DNA of 63,777 nucleotides, filler included, from Octopus bimaculoides (GCF_001194135.2; 4 parts of 4 records of this genome joined end to end with filler, not necessarily neighbours in it); one strand, 5' to 3'. Counted from the first letter of the whole stretch, positions 11,797-26,444 are shown. Notes: generated from the letters alone by a model not told the origin. Translations and numbers: made by a program.

Positions 11797-12880
11797 GGGA
11801 CAATTTGGTTATCTCCCTTGAAACATTAGAAAGTCGAATGATACATTAGAGAGTTTTAGAATAATCTCCCTTGATACCATAGAGAGTTCTTTGATAATCT
11901 CCCTAGAAACAAGGAACTCTGTGAAAATCTTGAAGCATTAAAAAGTTCTTTGAAAATTCTTTGAAACATTAGAGAGTTTTGTGTTTTATCTCCCTGAAAA
12001 TGTTAAGAGAATCCTCTGATTTATTTCACTTGAAACACAGTGTTGAATTCTCACTTGAATTAAACTTGAATAGTGACTATATCAAAATGTCTACCTCTGT
12101 ATTAACACTTTTACTGAAGAAATCAAATATATCAATATACATGACTTCACATTTCATTAACATTAACTGCCGTATATAAAAGCAGTTTTATATACCAATC
12201 AGAGAGGTTAGTTGTCCTGCAGATATAAATATCTCTTCGAAAATCAAAGAAACAGAAAACCTCCATCGTCTATATTCAGACTATGAATTCATAGGCGCAG
12301 GAGTGGCTTTGTGGTAGGTAGCTTGCTTACCAACCACATGGTTCTGTCTCTCTGTCTCTTTAACCTTTCATCATCTGACACAAGATCCCCTTCACCAATG
12401 CCCCGTCCCCTCTCAAAAGAGTTTTTTTGTCTTGCAAGTTACTTGGTAACCCTGTCATTGCAAGTGCCATTTAAAATGCTTCCGGTCCACACTGTAAAGT
12501 GGTTGGCATTTGGAAGGGCATCAAGCCGTAAAAACCTTGCCAAAACTGACCTCACCTGTGCTTGTGCCATGTAAAAAGCACCCAGTCCACTCTGCTGAGT
12601 GATTGGTGTTAGGAAGGGCATCCAGCTGTAAAAACCCTGCCAAAACAGACACAGAAGTCTGGTGCAGGCTTCAGACTGGCTGACTCTTGTGAAACTATCC
12701 CACCCATGTCAACTTGGAAGGTGGACGTTAAACAACAATGACAATGTGGTCACCACATTGTATTTGGGAAAATCACCATTTTCATTCTCATGGACAAATA
12801 TCATCGTTATCATCATCATCATCATCATTAGAAAGCAGACATTAAACAACAATGGCGACAATCATGATGATAACACATGC

Positions 12881-12980
12881 NNNNNNNNNNNNNNNNNNNN
12901 NNNNNNNNNNNNNNNNNNNNNNNNTTAATTAATTAANNNNNNNNNNNNNNNNNNNNNNNNNNNNNNNNNNNNNNNNNNNN
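12881..12980. other. Artificial scaffold linker, 44N-TTAATTAATTAA-44N
   Basis: An identical 100-bp structure recurs at 30952-31051 and 61178-61277. The 12-mer has stop codons in all six frames. Confidence 0.95.
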
Positions 12981-13052
<72 letters not shown>

Positions 13053-16000
13053 TGTGTTTGTCCCCCGCTAGTATTTATAAACACATCTAGTTTAAACACA
13101 TCACGCAATATTAACAATCTTGTCCTTAACAATTGTCCTTTTTGCCCCTTAGGCCGCTTCTTAATGTATATTCCTTGTATTTTTGTAACGTATTTTCTCG
13201 CGGAGTAGCCATGTTATATGACCCTCTTTGATTGCTGGATAGTGCACTTTAACTATACAAGCCAGTTTGATAATGTTCTTCCCGAGCAAGAAATTTGAAG
13301 TAGCTCACGTATAACTTCTGTGTTGATTATATCTCTCTCTTGCTGAAATGAGTGCTTTTATGCTGACTGCTCCTATCAACACGCAAAGAACAGAACACAC
13401 ATTATGTACACACACACACATGCGCGCACGCGCGCACGCGCATACACACTCACGCACACTCACCCATATACACACACAAGCACATACATGTACACATACC
13501 AGAGCTATCTTGAGTAAAGCTTTACATCGTAGGTATATATCTCGGTTATGTTTCTGGAGAATAGCTTTATCCCATACGAAAGGTTCTCTACTGTATAGCT
13601 AATATTCAAACGGCAAGAAGGCGATAAAAGTTGCTACATTGAAACGAAGGAGAATTTCTAAAAGAAAACTGAAATTGAAGAACGATAGCAGAGTCGAGTA
13701 GGTGCAGAAACTTAATTTTTTCCGGGTAATAAAGTAAATCAAATGAGAGGCATCAATCACAAATACAAACTCCCTAAAACAACAACAATAACAACAACGT
13801 TTAAGTTAATGCATTGAAGTCAAGGCACTTGCCCGTAATACACTATACTTCCTTGAAATGACATTTCACCACCATCCTAAACAAAGACCACATTAGAAAA
13901 TATATTCTTACAAAAGACAAAAGAGTCGCGGTAGGCATATCTTCAAACGCAGTTTTGTTCGGTTTACATTAATCAGGATCTAAACAGCAAAAACATCAAC
14001 AGATATTACAAATGCTAATCAATACTAATGGAAGCTTGTCAATTAAAGACAATATGCAAATGTCATTGTGAAACACAAAATTATAGTTTAATGGAGAGAG
14101 ATATGTATAATTTGTTTCACATGAGTACAAAGTGATTGTGTTCGACATAAGGTTATGTGTTTAAAACCTTGTGATGAATAATTAGAAAACGATAGTCTTT
14201 CTTCGGCAGCTTTTCTTCATGTATTGAAGAAGTAGCGTTTGAAGTTAGCAAACAAATGCAGCCACTTTATGTAATTCAGTTTCTGAAAAGTAGTTCAGCA
14301 CGTAAACTTTTAAAAATTTCATTGCATTCATTCTTATACAGATTCTTGGAACTTATTTGTCAGTTATTGTAAATTAGAAGGAAGAAACCGAACTGCTTGC
14401 TATATGATTCTGAGACCAGTCCAAAAGTGGAGTTTGCGTGATTTATTTGCACAGCAAATTGTAATAATGAGATTCATGATATACTCCTGAGATATTTCAT
14501 ATGCATGGTTGCATATGAATGGATTATTTTAGAGACAACTATTTGGAATATGACGAGTGTTTACAAGATATAAGAAGAAAGAGTTTTACAGATACTTCTG
14601 TATACCTCGCCTTCGTGGTGACTATAGACCACCAACGAAATAAATTTCTGTTATTACTGTTCAACAGTAGCTAAAATGATCTTGTGGCGCTCCTGGTAAG
14701 GAGAGAGAAAGGAAGGAGACGGTTACGATATGTCAGCTTCAAACCATCCGATAGGCTTCATTACTAGTCAGCTACTCAGTTTTAATCACAACGCTTAGGT
14801 CGACTGAAATACAAAACACGGGGTAGCGGGTTCAAATTTGAAACTATACAGTTAAAAAAAAAACGTAATATGTAATCATGCAACCAGGCCTACAGTAAAT
14901 GACACAGAAAAAAAAATTAAATTACTCCTCTCGAAGCAACAAACAAATTTTATACACTTGAGAAGAGTAAATTATCAACACGTTATTATCAAAAAGAAAA
15001 CAAAAATCACAAATGTACAAGTCATGAAAATCATTTGAAAAGCGATTTTAAGAGAAATTAATGTATTTCTCTCGACATTTCGGTTCCCTTGCGATGTGAA
15101 TATAATTTTAGAATCTAACTTGATTTCTCATATTATCTCTGGCGCCGCACAAATACTCACCGACAACATTAATCTGTGATAAGTTTCTTTCTACAAAACG
15201 CTGATAAAACATTTTCATTAAACACTAAAATTCCTTTAAAAAAAACAAAACAAAAAGAAAAACAGTAATTAAACATGAATCATTAAAGATTACAGATAAC
15301 GGCAGCCATGTATGCAGGGTTTCTATATTCTGTCGGCAGTTCTCAACTGTGTCCCAAGACATTCGTTCTAAAAATGTCCCAGTGCGCCTAGTTACAAACG
15401 TAAGGCGATAAAATATATATCAATCGAGTATTGGAGTATCCCTACATATTTTTGCATATATTCTATTTTTTTTATTAATTTTAACTAATTAAAACATCGG
15501 ATGTCTTTCCTGCATTTATTCACTAGAATTGTTAAGTGAATTAATGAGCCTTTCACATCATCATGGGTGTCATTTTTATTCATTAAAATTTCCGCACCAG
15601 ACTTGATACGTTTGCATCAAGTTTAACAGGCAGCCTTTTCATTATTAGTAATCATTATTGAAAAAACACTGGCAGTGTGCCCAACAGCGTATAGGATAAA
15701 TTTGAGCATCAGTATCGGCTTTATTGTTGTTTGTGGTGGGGGCGGGGAGTTCAAGGCTATCTCTGATTAAACAACCCTAAAACGATAAGGCATCGTGCAA
15801 CTATCACCTCTCTCTTTTAAGATATTTTCCAAATCTTTACACTTTTTAAGATAGATATCTTTAAGATAGATATCTGCCTAGCTTCCTTATCATTATTGTT
15901 TTTTTCTAAAATGCCATGTTCTCTTATTTGTGAAGTGAAGAGCCTAACGTAAAATTCTGTAAGATTTCGATTGTGGGTTTACTATCTAAGTAATCCATAC

Positions 16001-17541
16001 TAAAACCTCTGTCTTCCACCGTTCCATAGAAAGGAAACTTTGATTCTCACGCCAGTTTCACTTACGAACGCTTCTAGAACTTCACAAGCGAATAACTGTT
16101 CTGTAAATCAACAATTTCTGTAGACTCTGGAATGAGACTATGTTTAGCAAATCCTCAAATGGGGCTCATGGCAGGCAATGGATTAATGCAATGTATCAAA
16201 AACAAGTCATCTATCTTCACAGGAACGCCTCAATTCGTCTCTGACTTGTACCGGCACTAAAATAGATATATGCATTTAGATGTTCTCAGTCACTCGATAG
16301 TTAAATATTTCAGTTACGACAATATGGTATAGTGCTACGAAAGAGATACAAACAAACGACTTCGTTGCTGTTACTCGGCTACCAGTCGATTCAGATAACA
16401 AGTACAAGGCGGAGTTTTAAATATTTATGCTGTTCCCATTCGTATATTATATATTTCATTATGAAATAGAAATGTAAGTGAAGTCAGCCAAGTTCACCAC
16501 ATTCTATGCCCACGTGAAATCTTGAACTCATGCTACTATTTACATCTGTGAAGAGTCCCTATTATAAACATCTCTTCACACTTAAGCTGACAATAAAATT
16601 TAGCCGTTTTTGTCGTTTATTTAATGATTTGATCTCGGTTACGGGATCATGGCTGTTAAGGTTTGGTGATATCAGCATGTTTAATGTTCTTGAACAGCTT
16701 AAATACTGCAAGAAAATACGATCAATGTGAGAATTCCAGAAAGGAAATAGTCAGAGGAGGACAGAGCAGTTACAGTAACTAGTAGTGGAGGTGGCGTACT
16801 GGTTGACATGATACAAGTGACGAGAGGTGGAAAGGTAAGTGTTCAGAGATCACTATAGTAGCGGTGGTAGAAAAAAACAGAGGCTCTATTTAACATATTG
16901 CAACATTTGGCCCCAAGTATATTGGACTAGAGTTGGAGTATGCTGTCTGTAAACAGGGAAGAAATCTGGTGTCAGAAGACAAGCCAACAAAACCGTGCCT
17001 AATCACGTAGCGCTTCCTCGACTGTACTACCTGCGATTCTTGAAATAGAGCTCAATTTGTGTTTAAAATGTTCGGAATTCTCATAAAGCAACTGAGCAAT
17101 ATTACATGCTTTGTTTAATGATGGGGTGGGGAATAAAGGGGCAAGATGGAGAGAGAGAGAGAAGATGAGCGAAGTTAGTTTTGTTTAGAGCTCCAAGCTG
17201 GCTTATTTATCGACAAACACCAAAATAAACTGACAACATTTTAGAAAGAAATATTGATTGTCTTAAACTACGTTGCTTGACTTTGTCAGAAACGGTAATA
17301 AAATAACCCTGTTATTGTTGACTTTGTTGTTGCTGTTATTGTTGTTGTTAGGATGGTGGCGGTAGAGGTTATTGTTGTTTTGTTATTGTTGTTCTCGTCA
17401 ATGTTCATGTTTATGTTTCGCTAAGGAGGACATATATCATCCTAAACAATTGCATAAACATCATTAACAACAACAACAACAACAACGAACAACATCAACA
17501 AAAGCAACAGGAAACAAATGGAACAATGATAAATATTATCA

Positions 17542-17572
<31 letters not shown>

Positions 17573-18299
17573 TATTATTTAACAATAATATTAAAAATTT
17601 TAACGCCGCCGTCACCGTCACTACTATTACCAACGCCATCGCCACCCTCAACCACCACCCTGCCCCACCCACTTCTCTGCTACCATNNNNNNNNNNNNNN
17701 NNNNNNNNNNNNNNNNNNNNNNNNNNNNNNNNNNNNNNNNNNNNNNNNNNNNNNNNNNNNNNNNNNNNNNNNNNNNNNNNNNNNNNNNNNNNNNNNNNNN
17801 NNNNNNNNNNNNNNNNNNNNNNNNNNNNNNNNNNNNNNNNNNNNNNNNNNNNNNNNNNNNNNNNNNNNNNNNNNNNNNNNNNNNNNNNNNNNNNNNNNNN
17901 NNNNNNNNNNNNNNNNNNNNNNNNNNNNNNNNNNNNNNNNNNNNNNNNNNNNNNNNNNNNNNNNNNNNNNNNNNNNNNNNNNNNNNNNNNNNNNNNNNNN
18001 NNNNNNNNNNNNNNNNNNNNNNNNNNNNNNNNNNNNNNNNNNNNNNNNNNNNNNNNNNNNNNNNNNNNNNNNNNNNNNNNNNNNNNNNNNNNNNNNNNNN
18101 NNNNNNNNNNNNNNNNNNNNNNNNNNNNNNNNNNNNNNNNNNNNNNNNNNNNNNNNNNNNNNNNNNNNNNNNNNNNNNNCACCACCATTGCCACCACCAC
18201 CATTGCCACCACCACGTTCATTACCCAACAACAACAACGCAATATCAGTAACAATAACAATGACAGTAACAATGAGGTAAATGGTATCCATAACGTCTA

Positions 18300-19400
18300 A
18301 AGTATACAGAAGACATGATTTGGAGAAAGGTCTCATTATACAACTTGTTTTTAACTGTTTAGAGGAAGCAGATGATTGCTTTTGCTCTCAAGGTACCCGG
18401 CGATGTCAGTAATATCATCAACCAATGCTATGTTGTTGCACTTCATATCAATCAGGAAGGAATGTGATTGAATCTGTGATGAAAATCTTGTGGTTGAGCT
18501 TTGGTCACATTGATATTATTCTTTCTTGGGTCGGGAGCATCCTGAGAGTTCGTATTACCGTAGTTTTCGCGGACGGAAATCTCTTCTCACCTACATGAAT
18601 TCTGGTATTCTCCAGGGGTCACTAATGGCTCTCGCCATCGATCATGCAAGCAATTGAAGACCTACATTCTGTCACCACTAACAATAACAATACTCAAATC
18701 TCTTACCATAAAAAACATACTTTAATGCTTCAGACCTCGAAAACATACTCCATACTTCAACTGAGACGTGATAACATCATCACTTCAAAGTCACAGAAAT
18801 TTAATGACTGTACATATCTAGCAAAGAATCTTTCATGTAGCTCTTTCAAATGATGAACAACATTTAAATTAAAATTTTCAAAGTCACTAAAAAAGCTAGG
18901 TTTTACGATCACTGATGATCTCTTCTGATAACCTCACATACGTAACATTGCACCACACGTGATTCAAAGACTAGTGGTATTCCACTTTCTCGCTAATAGA
19001 CTATACTTCATCTCCCCGAAAATTCAGACGTCCTACAACACTCATGCCAGAGACACAAGGGAACACTGCTCCCATAATTCTTCTTCCTGTAAACCAGGAT
19101 ATATTCCCAGCTCCTAGCAAGTCTCTACAAAGATCAGTCACAAAAGAATGCAATACTTACAAATAGGATGGCATCGCTCTCACACTCAAAATTCCCTGAC
19201 CACATCCAAGAGAAAGCAATTTTAGTAGCTATAAATGGATGTTTCATTAGCTCACTTCAATGCCCAGCCCTACAGACCAAAGAACTCTTCATTCCATTTC
19301 TTTTTTATTACACTTATATCAGCTTCCGTTCTTTAGATCTATCTTGTTATCTCCTTCGACGTTTATGCGGCAGACCTGTCTTTCCTTACCGTGTCATTCG
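18300..19400 (+). mobile_element. Heavily degraded non-LTR retrotransposon reverse-transcriptase remnant
   Basis: Frameshifted pieces RITVVFADGNLFSPT, MNSGILQGSLMAL (cf. SGVPQGSVLGP) and KLGFTITDDLF..PHIRNIA (cf. LGV.I..DL.W..HI). Confidence 0.6.
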
Positions 19401-19559
19401 TTTTGTCTTTCCCTTCCCGTCCTCCGCACTAATTGCTTTTTAGTCCGTCCTCTCAGCTACATCAATTTTCTAGAATTCCATCCCCACGTACGTTATTTTT
19501 GAAACTGACTCTAAACACATGAAGATAGTCAGTCTGGGAGAAAGGAAAAATACGATGGT

Positions 19560-19920
19560 CAGACGTACAGTTCCTACTAAAAGAATATCAATATCATTTC
19601 AACCACAAAAACAACCCTAATCAACGCTTCAGTTCCATAAAATGCCAACACTACTACTAAATATGCTGCTACCAAGACAACTGCTAACAATACTACCACG
19701 ATAACGATCATTATCATTAACACAGCTATCATCACCACAACTACATAAACTAGCATAATCACTAACACAAAATTATCACCACTAACACAACAACACCACT
19801 CTCACCAAACCAGAACTACCACCTTCACTAATAATACAATGACCACATCAGTTAATACAACAACCGCATTACCTACCCACAATGACTATCACCACAATCA
19901 CCATCACGACCTCACTATTT
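19560..19920. repeat. Degenerate (ACC/ACA/ACT)n low-complexity tract
   Basis: Directly visible. Confidence 0.75.
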
Positions 19921-20519
19921 GCATATCAACAATCAGCAACGTCTCCTTTTGCGTTGTCTAACAGTTCTGTCCCAGATATGTTAGCAGGTTTACAAAGTGG
20001 ATCTGAAGAATTTCAACAATTGTTCCCGGCTGAAATACTCTTTCACCCCCAATGAAATGCTTCCTGTGCTGCTGGAGTATTTTACGATTATGCTGTTTGC
20101 TTTATGTACAATGTACATTTCTGGAATCTGAAATGACTTAAAATGAGTTAAAATATGAACCGTCGACCTCCACATTAAACGAGCTAGAGAATAAGTTTAT
20201 TCTGACACAAGCTCATACAGAAAAAATAAAATAAATAGATAAAAACAATGAAGATGATTGGGATATAAGATTATAGTTAGATCAGGTTGTATGTATTACT
20301 TGGTATCATGGAATCAGTTTACTGGGTGAGGAAATAGATATTAACTGGTTATTTGCCCGTTGAAACTCGGCATAGAAACGCAGCAGAATCCAAATTTCGC
20401 ATCGGGTCGGTTTGAACCTGTACATTCATGATCTGGAATGACAGAGGAACGAAGTTGCATTTACTGCTGTGCAGCTACATCTTTCTTAGAAAATGGATTT
20501 TGATTCAATGGTTGATTGA

Positions 20520-20529
20520 ATGCATACAT

Positions 20530-20596
<67 letters not shown>

Positions 20597-20760
20597 AATA
20601 CATACACACATATGTATATGTATGTACGTATGTGTATTTATGTACATATGTATTACATGTGCGAGTGTGTGTGTAAGCATTTGTATATACATACACACAT
20701 ATGCGTCTGTGTACATGTATACGTGTATCGGCGTCTGTACAGCAACCGATGCGTATATGC
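20520..20760. repeat. (CATA)n/(CA)n/(TA)n microsatellite
   Basis: Directly visible. Confidence 0.9.
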
Positions 20761-22028
20761 TAGTATCTACAACACCAAGAAACACCAATGCAACTCAATT
20801 TCTTTGTTCTCGATCTAATGACCTACACGGGAGATATCTATAATACAGAGAAACAGTTGGACCTAATAGCATTTTCGGCTGATATAGAAATGGAATTTCG
20901 CTGAAAGGCATGTTTATATTGATAGTTAAATGCGGCACAATAGTTTCCTCACTTAAAAGCTTTTACATCCATGTTCCATATATCTCACGTACAATTCTAA
21001 CTATAAATACAAGAGCATTATCGAAACTATATCACATAAAGATTCTGCGAACAAAGATAGTCTGACCAAAGAGTATTTCACGAGATTTTAAAAATACATA
21101 CACGACCGTCGAGGTTTTTGTCGTATGTATGAATATATTTCTCGGAAAGTTTAGAATAGCGCTAATTTTCACAGGAAGTGTAGACACTCTTGGACTCGTG
21201 ACCGTAACATCACCTTCTTTCGATGCTTGGTTATACTCCAGCAATGCAAATATAGGAGATAGCTACTAAATACATGTCGAACGAAACAGAAAATGAAGTA
21301 CTGAAATCACTAAAAAACTGCTCATAAAAGTCGATTATATTACACGCCTCTATAAATGTACAAACGTACTCATATTCTTTACCCATATATANNNNNNNNN
21401 NNNNNNNNNNNNNNNNNNNNNNNNNNNNNNNNNNNNNNNNNNNNNNNNNNNNNNNNNNNNNNNNNNNNNNNNNNNNNNNNNNNNNNNNNNNNNNNNNNNN
21501 NNNNNNNNNNNNNNNNNNNNNNNNNNNNNNNNNNNNNNNNNNNNNNNNNNNNNNNNNNNNNNNNNNNNNNNNNNNNNNNNNNNNNNNNNNNNNNNNNNNN
21601 NNNNNNNNNNNNNNNNNNNNNNNNNNNNNNNNNNNNNNNNNNNNNNNNNNNNNNNNNNNNNNNNNNNNNNNNNNNNNNNNNNNNNNNNNNNNNNNNNNNN
21701 NNNNNNNNNNNNNNNNNNNNNNNNNNNNNNNNNNNNNNNNNNNNNNNNNNNNNNNNNNNNNNNNNNNNNNNNNNNNNNNNNNNNNNNNNNNNNNNNNNNN
21801 NNNNNNNNNNNNNNNNNNNNNNNNNNNNNNNNNNNNNNNNNNNNNNNNNNNNNNNNNNNNNNNNNNNNNNNNNNNNNNNNNNNNNNNNNNNNNNNNNNNN
21901 NNNNNNNNNNNNNNNNNNNNNNNNNNNNNNNNNNNNNNNNNNNNNNNNNNNNNNNNNNNNNNNNNNNNNNNNNNNNNNNNNNNNNNNNNNNNNNNNNNNN
22001 NNNNNNNNNNNNNNNNNNNNNNNNNNNN

Positions 22029-22072
<44 letters not shown>

Positions 22073-22530
22073 GGAGATAGACAGACAGGCATATAGAGAA
22101 TGTGTATGTGCGCATGGATGGATGTGGTGAACTGATAGTGTGAACTCTGTTTAGATGTGCAATGCGAGAAGAAGAGAACCTAAAGTAGCTAGCACTTCTA
22201 GTATCTTCACTTTCTCTATCATCTCTACCAACACCACAAAGAATACCTGCAGCAGCAGCTATTACTGAAAGCAATATTCGCTGTCAATCACTGCTGTTAT
22301 GACTCTGTCCAAAGCACATATAAAAAGCATCTAACACTTTCAGTCTCACCATAAACCCATTAACAGCTTTTCTACTGTTTTGATGTCGCTGTTATCTTCT
22401 TTTGTTTAGTATTTTATTTATTTCTTCTTTAGTCCACCAGTGTTGTGGTTTGTTGCTCTTTCCTTTTATACCTTTCACATATATACACACATAACTATAC
22501 ATATGCGTGCAGTATATACATATATGCTCA

Positions 22531-22570
<40 letters not shown>

Positions 22571-23213
22571 NNNNNNNNNNNNNNNNNNNNNNNNNNNNNN
22601 NNNNNNNNNNNNNNNNNNNNNNNNNNNNNNNNNNNNNNNNNNNNNNNNNNNNNNNNNNNNNNNNNNNNNNNNNNNNNNNNNNNNNNNNNNNNNNNNNNNN
22701 NNNNNNNNNNNNNNNNNNNNNNNNNNNNNNNNNNNNNNNNNNNNNNNNNNNNNNNNNNNNNNNNNNNNNNNNNNNNNNNNNNNNNNNNNNNNNNNNNNNN
22801 NNNNNNNNNNNNNNNNNNNNNNNNNNNNNNNNNNNNNNNNNNNNNNNNNNNNNNNNNNNNNNNNNNNNNNNNNNNNNNNNNNNNNNNNNNNNNNNNNNNN
22901 NNNNNNNNNNNNNNNNNNNNNNNNNNNNNNNNNNNNNNNNNNNNNNNNNNNNNNNNNNNNNNNNNNNNNNNNNNNNNNNNNNNNNNNNNNNNNNNNNNNN
23001 NNNNNNNNNNNNNNNNNNNNNNNNNNNNNNNNNNNNNNNNNNNNNNNNNNNNNNNNNNNNNNNNNNNNNNNNNNNNNNNNNNNNNNNNNNNNNNNNNNNN
23101 NNNNNNNNNNNNNNNNNNNNNNNNNNNNNNNNNNNNNNNNNNNNNNNNNNNNNNNNNNNNNNNNNNNNNNNNNNNNNNNNNNNNNNNNNNNNNNNNNNNN
23201 NNNNNNNNNNNNN

Positions 23214-23247
<34 letters not shown>

Positions 23248-24078
23248 GATATGTATATATAAATGACTGACTATCGGATCATGCACCTTTCCCTCTAATG
23301 TTTTTTATGCCTTTGTTATAGAAACAGTTTTCACATTTTATAATGTTTTCAACATCAGAGACTCAGAATATGAAAAGAAAAATGGAAAAATAAAATTAAA
23401 ATAAACTAAACATTATTAAAAATTTTTGGCGTAGTTTTTTTTACGTTTTTTTCTTTTTAAATATAGTTTTGTCTGTTTTTGCAGCATTTTTCAAAAAGCA
23501 GTATCTGTTATTTTACTGACTTAATTGTTTAGTAAGCCTTTAAAATGACTGATCCTGCAATAGAAATATTAAACAGTTTAGCACCTAACATTGCTGTGCG
23601 TATTTTTTTGTTATGAAGGAGTCGCATCATTGGCAATGATATACTGAATGCGCTTATGTTCACGCGTGCATGCGTTATTGTATTTGTTTGCGGGTATAAT
23701 ATGTATGTGTTTGTGTGAGTATGTGCTCTTGTGAGTGTGTATATGCGTGTGCGTGTGTATATGCGTGTTCGTGTGTGTGTTCATACCACGTCATTGCAAA
23801 AATCTCAAAGCTATTCTGATGTTGTTTGGAAACATTCTACAACAGATTCAAACATGGTTATTTACATAGAATCCTAGACAACCTTGTCTAGAAAGCAGTT
23901 TAAAAATTCCCTAATTAAGGAAATTTACGTTCTTCATTAGCGACCCTGATGTGATTACACGTTATGTCTAGGACAATGTCAAGCAAGCAACTGGTACATA
24001 CGCATCTTAACCTCAGTCTAACTCTGATCTGGCGCCATGTTTGCGCAGACTTGTATACATGAATACAACACACACAAG

Positions 24079-24159
<81 letters not shown>

Positions 24160-24239
24160 AGAGTTAAACAAATTTCCGATAATCAAAGAATGTTGTTCAT
24201 TTCATTTTCTATCATTTATGTATGTATGCATGTCATTAT

Positions 24240-24770
24240 TCTGTTTTATTTCAATATTTATTGCCAATAAAGAAAGAGCCGGTTTCTAACCTAGATTCAA
24301 GGCTCCTTCAATGGAATTTCAACAACATCAGCGGGGTATTTTTGTATGTATGTATACGTGCAGGTTTGTATGTTTTGTTTTATGCGTGTATTCCCATACA
24401 TATATTTCATATCTAGACATGCTCATATATACTTAAATGATAAACTGGAAAGTTTTACACATTCTTACAGTTCCAGTGATGGCTTGGATCTGTAGTCTTC
24501 GAATCGACCTTTCTGGTTTTGAGAAGATTAATTTCTCAAGATCGGTATTCCGGCAGTGTGTTATATATCCCAGTGCTCCAATAATTATAGGTAGAAACCT
24601 GAAGTTGTAAACTGGATAGAGTAACTGGAGATTTCTCAATAGTTCAGCGCTGGTATTCTCTTTTTCACTTATCTTCAGCTTTATGTTAACGTCTGCTGAG
24701 AAGCTGATCTCCACAACTGTACACAGTTTCGCTTCTCTATCCAAAATCATTGTCAGATCTATTGTGTTAA
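24240..24770 (-). mobile_element. R4/Dong-type (restriction-like endonuclease) LINE 3' remnant with 3' UTR
   Basis: ORF 24433-24750 reads ..DREAKLCTVVEIS..DVNIKLKISEKEN..LLRNLQLLYP..PIIIGALGY.., the RLE C-terminal pattern (PD..E..K..Y..L..PIIIGALG). Confidence 0.75.
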
Positions 24771-25029
24771 CATTTTATTGAGGTTTTACTGGGACGGTGG
24801 TCAATAGATGTTGCTGAAGGGATATGATACGACATTCAAAAGCTGTCACGATCGATGTTAAGCCTCTGCAGCCTCGTTTTCGTGTTAGGTAAAAGCGGTG
24901 TACGTCACTGTTGATGTGGAAATTATATGTGCTGTATGTATGTATGTATAGATGGATGGATGGAATGGATGGACATTATGTCTGCTGTATGTAAGTATGT
25001 ATGTATGGCTGGATGGATATATAAACAAA

Positions 25030-25706
25030 GTTGGATTACAGGATATTTGAGATTTTTTTCAGGGAAGATTAATTTCACAGAAGTAGTACCGTCTGACTTC
25101 AATGTACTTGTAGCGCTCCAGCCACTTCCTGACGGCGCCGTGGAATCCACCAGAGCGATGGTGTTCAGAACCCTTATGACAGCCTCCTGCATATTTTTCC
25201 TCATCTTCAGGAACAACCAAAAGTTACATGGAACAAGATCTGGACCTGTAAGGAGGATGAGATATTGTTTTGATGCCCATCACTGTCAAGTAGTTGGTTA
25301 TCATGATGGAATTGTGGACTGGGGTATTGTCCTGATGCATATGCGCTGGTCTTTTACAACGAAATTTCTTTCTGAACTCGATACCTCCACAAAGTAGCCT
25401 TTGTTGATCTTGCTACCAAAAAAAAAGGTGTGTGTGTGTGGGGGGGGGCATCATACTTTTTTTGCATATCGAGCTTGCAAGTTGTCTTCCTCTCCCGAGA
25501 GCATTGTGCAAGTTTTACAAGCTGAGTTGCGTGAGATGTGTTCAAAGTGCTATTCCATCTCCTTCCATCTGGAAAAACGAAAGTTAGCAGGTGGCTGTGA
25601 GGAGTGGATTGAATAAAGCTTAATTGCAATTTTTTCAAGAGGACTCGAAAGTTTTGTTCAGCGTTGACGCAAATACACCGCAGGTGAGAGAGAAGTATCA
25701 TACAGG
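25030..25706 (-). mobile_element. Mariner transposase relic
   Basis: The minus strand reads HQDNTPVHNSIMITNYLTVMGIKTISHPPY(S)PDLVPCNFWLFLKMR..HGAVRKWLERYK, matching the mariner HQDNAP and HPPYSPDLAPxDFWLF motifs, with frameshifts. Confidence 0.75.
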
Positions 25707-26407
25707 TGAGGAATACTTACTCTATCCATATATATATATATATCAATTTCAACGATCTAATAAATAGGTTTGCTAACTTTCGCATTACTTTTAGTAGAAC
25801 CGTGTATTTGTGCATGCGTATGTATGTACGTAAGTATCTATGTGTGCATGGATTGATGCGTAAGCGTGTACATATATATTTAAATAAACATGTGTACACA
25901 CACACACACNNNNNNNNNNNNNNNNNNNNNNNNNNNNNNNNNNNNNNNNNNNNNNNNNNNNNNNNNNNNNNNNNNNNNNNNNNNNNNNNNNNNNNNNNNN
26001 NNNNNNNNNNNNNNNNNNNNNNNNNNNNNNNNNNNNNNNNNNNNNNNNNNNNNNNNNNNNNNNNNNNNNNNNNNNNNNNNNNNNNNNNNNNNNNNNNNNN
26101 NNNNNNNNNNNNNNNNNNNNNNNNNNNNNNNNNNNNNNNNNNNNNNNNNNNNNNNNNNNNNNNNNNNNNNNNNNNNNNNNNNNNNNNNNNNNNNNNNNNN
26201 NNNNNNNNNNNNNNNNNNNNNNNNNNNNNNNNNNNNNNNNNNNNNNNNNNNNNNNNNNNNNNNNNNNNNNNNNNNNNNNNNNNNNNNNNNNNNNNNNNNN
26301 NNNNNNNNNNNNNNNNNNNNNNNNNNNNNNNNNNNNNNATTGCCATGTACAAAAACGCTGCAACTTGATTTTTGTAAGGTTTTGCGATTAAAAATATTAA
26401 ATAATTG

Positions 26408-26444
<37 letters not shown>

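Noticed and set aside
12172-12202. 10-bp AT-rich hairpin next to a CCAATCAG
   Set aside because: The stem is low complexity and the motif order does not fit a promoter for either gene.
15900-21350. Several acceptor-like sites followed by 30-50 codon frames (e.g. near 16313, 19987, 21174)
   Set aside because: They lack matching donors and recognisable homology, and are expected by chance in AT-rich DNA.
24272-24320. Second hammerhead-like arrangement on - in the R4/Dong 3' UTR (TTGAAGGAGCC..GGTTAGAAACCGG)
   Set aside because: The core deviates (UUGAAGG instead of CUGANGA, extra bases before GAAA, C at the U16.1 position) and helix I is weak.
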